Shown here: piece after piece, positions 36,984 through 39,010 of the stretch
How the letters are laid out: every line of letters starts with the position of its first letter
Position numbering within the stretch: position 1 is the stretch's first letter
DNA from: Nemertoderma westbladi
Lineage: Eukaryota; Animalia; Xenacoelomorpha
DNA: 39,010 nt
Direction: 5' to 3'
Assembly (NCBI GenBank): GCA_032718475.1
Contig: JAUCBJ010001219.1
Span: 1 to 39,010, forward strand
Made by a program: the position numbers and the translations under genes
The notes under the pieces: generated by a model
What the model saw: only the letters and a program-made list of their open reading frames with translations
What the model was told of the DNA's origin: nothing
Databases searched by the model: none

Positions 36984-38173
36984 ATTCTACAGTAAAATAA
37001 GCTACCTGTCTACCGGTGAAGTGATTAAACGAAAGCTGAGTACACTATAATTCAATTGTATCATAAAAACAAGTGCAACATAAAATCGTGGTAGACAATT
37101 AGTCTCCCCCTACCACTTGTCAAACTGGTTACCTGTAGCACATTAAATATATCCTCCCTCTCGTGGAGAAAGGCAATAATTGGCAATAGAGAATCGATAA
37201 GAACCGTCGACCGTTTTCCTTATTTACCTTTCTTGAACTTTAAACAATATAACACAATATTGCGCGCGCATCACATAATTGAAGCTGGAGAATATTTATG
37301 TACAGTAGTAGCAAATACCACTACATGGAGTTTACAGGTATATGAGGACATTTCTTTTGAAAGCGTTTGATGGGTGTATACACTGTACATGTGTTATATT
37401 GAACATACATTATCGTATTATTTTAGTACTGAACCGATTGTAATATGTAAGCCTACAACTATAGTAACGTCGTATAGGCAAAGTTCTGGCTTATGCATAG
37501 CATCTACGCGTAGCTACGCGTTGCTACTACAGTACTACGCGTAGTTAATGTTAAAACTCTGAAACTGGTGATATATGACCCAATGTGTCGAACTACGCGT
37601 AGGCCAACGCGTAGCTCGAAAAGATTTACCCGTCCTTACTGTCAACTAAACTGTCTAAGAGTACCGGTAGGCCTACACCGTCTGTCTGTTACTGTCAGAC
37701 TGCAGGACTGTACTAATTTATTGAGCTAGGCTAAGCAGCTAAGGCAGTAAGGGGAGACAGGTGCACTACAGCCCTACTACCGGTACCTGCCTACGGACGG
37801 ATAGGTAGCTGTAGCCTGAAGCTGGATAGGCGCCTAGGCCCCTATGCAAGTGACCTGCTTACCGCTGTACTGCTGTACAGTGTACAGTACAGGACAGCCC
37901 CAGAGCTGCAGAGCCCAGCTGCCAGCAGTACCGGTACAGCTTACCTAACGCGCTAACGGTGAACGGCCTACCGCCTAACCTGCCCGCAGCACGTCGAGTC
38001 GTGGTCGACGACGTTGACCACAACCGCAGCTAAGCCTGCATGCCATCAGCCCAGCCCAGCAGCCCAGTAACAGACAGCCACAGATTGTTGCACTGCGACT
38101 GTCGAACTGCCCCTTTTCAAATTTTAGCCTGTTAGCCTTTCTTGCTTCACCTTTCTGCCTTTGCCAATTCAAC

Positions 38174-38210
38174 ATGGTATTAAAGATTGATCTCCTACGA
38201 TTAGTTGCAG
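38174..38210 (+). other. Possible short first coding exon (MVLKIDLLRLVA) of a gene continuing beyond the window
   Basis: CAACATGG start context and CAG|GTTAGT donor, downstream of a GC-richer island (about 37740-38110). Too short to assign. Confidence 0.25.
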
Positions 38211-38299
38211 GTTAGTTTTAGTCAGTTAGTACAGTTACCTTACCGGTACATTACCGGTAATTACATTACATGAGTACTGGAGTTTCCTCTGGGGAGTAA

Positions 38300-38388
38300 A
38301 GTTCTGGGGGGACCGCACTGGAAATAAGTCGTCAGACTTTGTGCGTAATCCCTGGCCTAGCGGCCGAAGAAAATTTACTTTACTTTAC
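38300..38388 (+). mobile_element. Possible short 3' end of an L2/Crack-like LINE or derived SINE
   Basis: GGACCGCAC-TGGAAATAAGTC...GACTTT-GTGCG stem-loop followed by a (TTTAC)3 tail. The resemblance is from memory only. Confidence 0.3.
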
Positions 38389-39010
38389 CGTACCGGTAGC
38401 CTACCTGCCTACAGCAACAGCAGTACAGCAGTACAGGTCGTACTCTGTACTCAGGCTGTCAGGTACAGAGGTACTACAATCTGACACTGCAGCACTGTCA
38501 AACTGACAATCTGACAGTCTGACAGTACTAAATACCTACTAATGTACCGGTATGAAGGTGGTATGGCAGTATGGTACTGCAAAAACTGTCAAAAAGCACA
38601 GTTGACAGTGCTGCAGTGAAAGCACAAAACAGTGTAGCAGTGCAGTGTAGTACCAGTCTGCCAGTACTACTACAGTACGCTACTGCAGTACAGTACTACG
38701 GTCAGACAGTCAGACGGCTGGACGGTAGGCTTACACTACAGCACTAGTAAAATGTTTGTAAATCATGTCACCCATTCGATTCCATTACCGGTCCGGTACA
38801 TTACCTACTGACCTAGGCTAATAAACGAACTTTGAAATAATTACCGGTACTGAATTAGAATATCTTAAAGATATTCGGTAAATTGCCATGCACCATGCAT
38901 GGCATCATGGGCCCAGCCAACCAGCAAACAGGGAATCATCAAAGTTTGAAAAAAGTGTACGTAGTTCGCCATGGTACCGGTACCATGGCTACATGGGCAT
39001 ACTGGCATAG

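Overview
AT-rich, repeat-dense eukaryotic (most likely invertebrate animal) genomic DNA; the taxon cannot be fixed from the sequence. Only one intact host gene is evident: a single-ORF, minus-strand PAM-family peptide-amidation gene (29776-31461). It has a signal peptide, only the N-terminal half of the PHM monooxygenase domain (one CuH ligand lost, CuM domain absent), an acidic linker and a complete PAL lyase domain. This architecture is the most novel-looking element in the window. The rest is a transposon and minisatellite landscape: an internally deleted LTR element (1-3878), a deleted ISL2EU-type DNA transposon (5258-8009), a decayed CRE-clade non-LTR element (about 21760-24460), a foldback MITE split by a non-autonomous Helitron (24840-27083) that carries about nine 146-bp repeats with CTCF-like motifs, a related DINE/Helentron-like element in inverted orientation, a DD41D Tc1/mariner remnant split by a MITE with an 8-bp TSD, and LINE 3' fragments. 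Four unrelated homogeneous minisatellites (45, 24, 27 and 60 bp units) each carry a hairpin in every unit. Most long ORFs in the track are artefacts of these arrays. No rRNA, tRNA or CRISPR array was recognised. All family calls are by eye from motifs, with no database searches.
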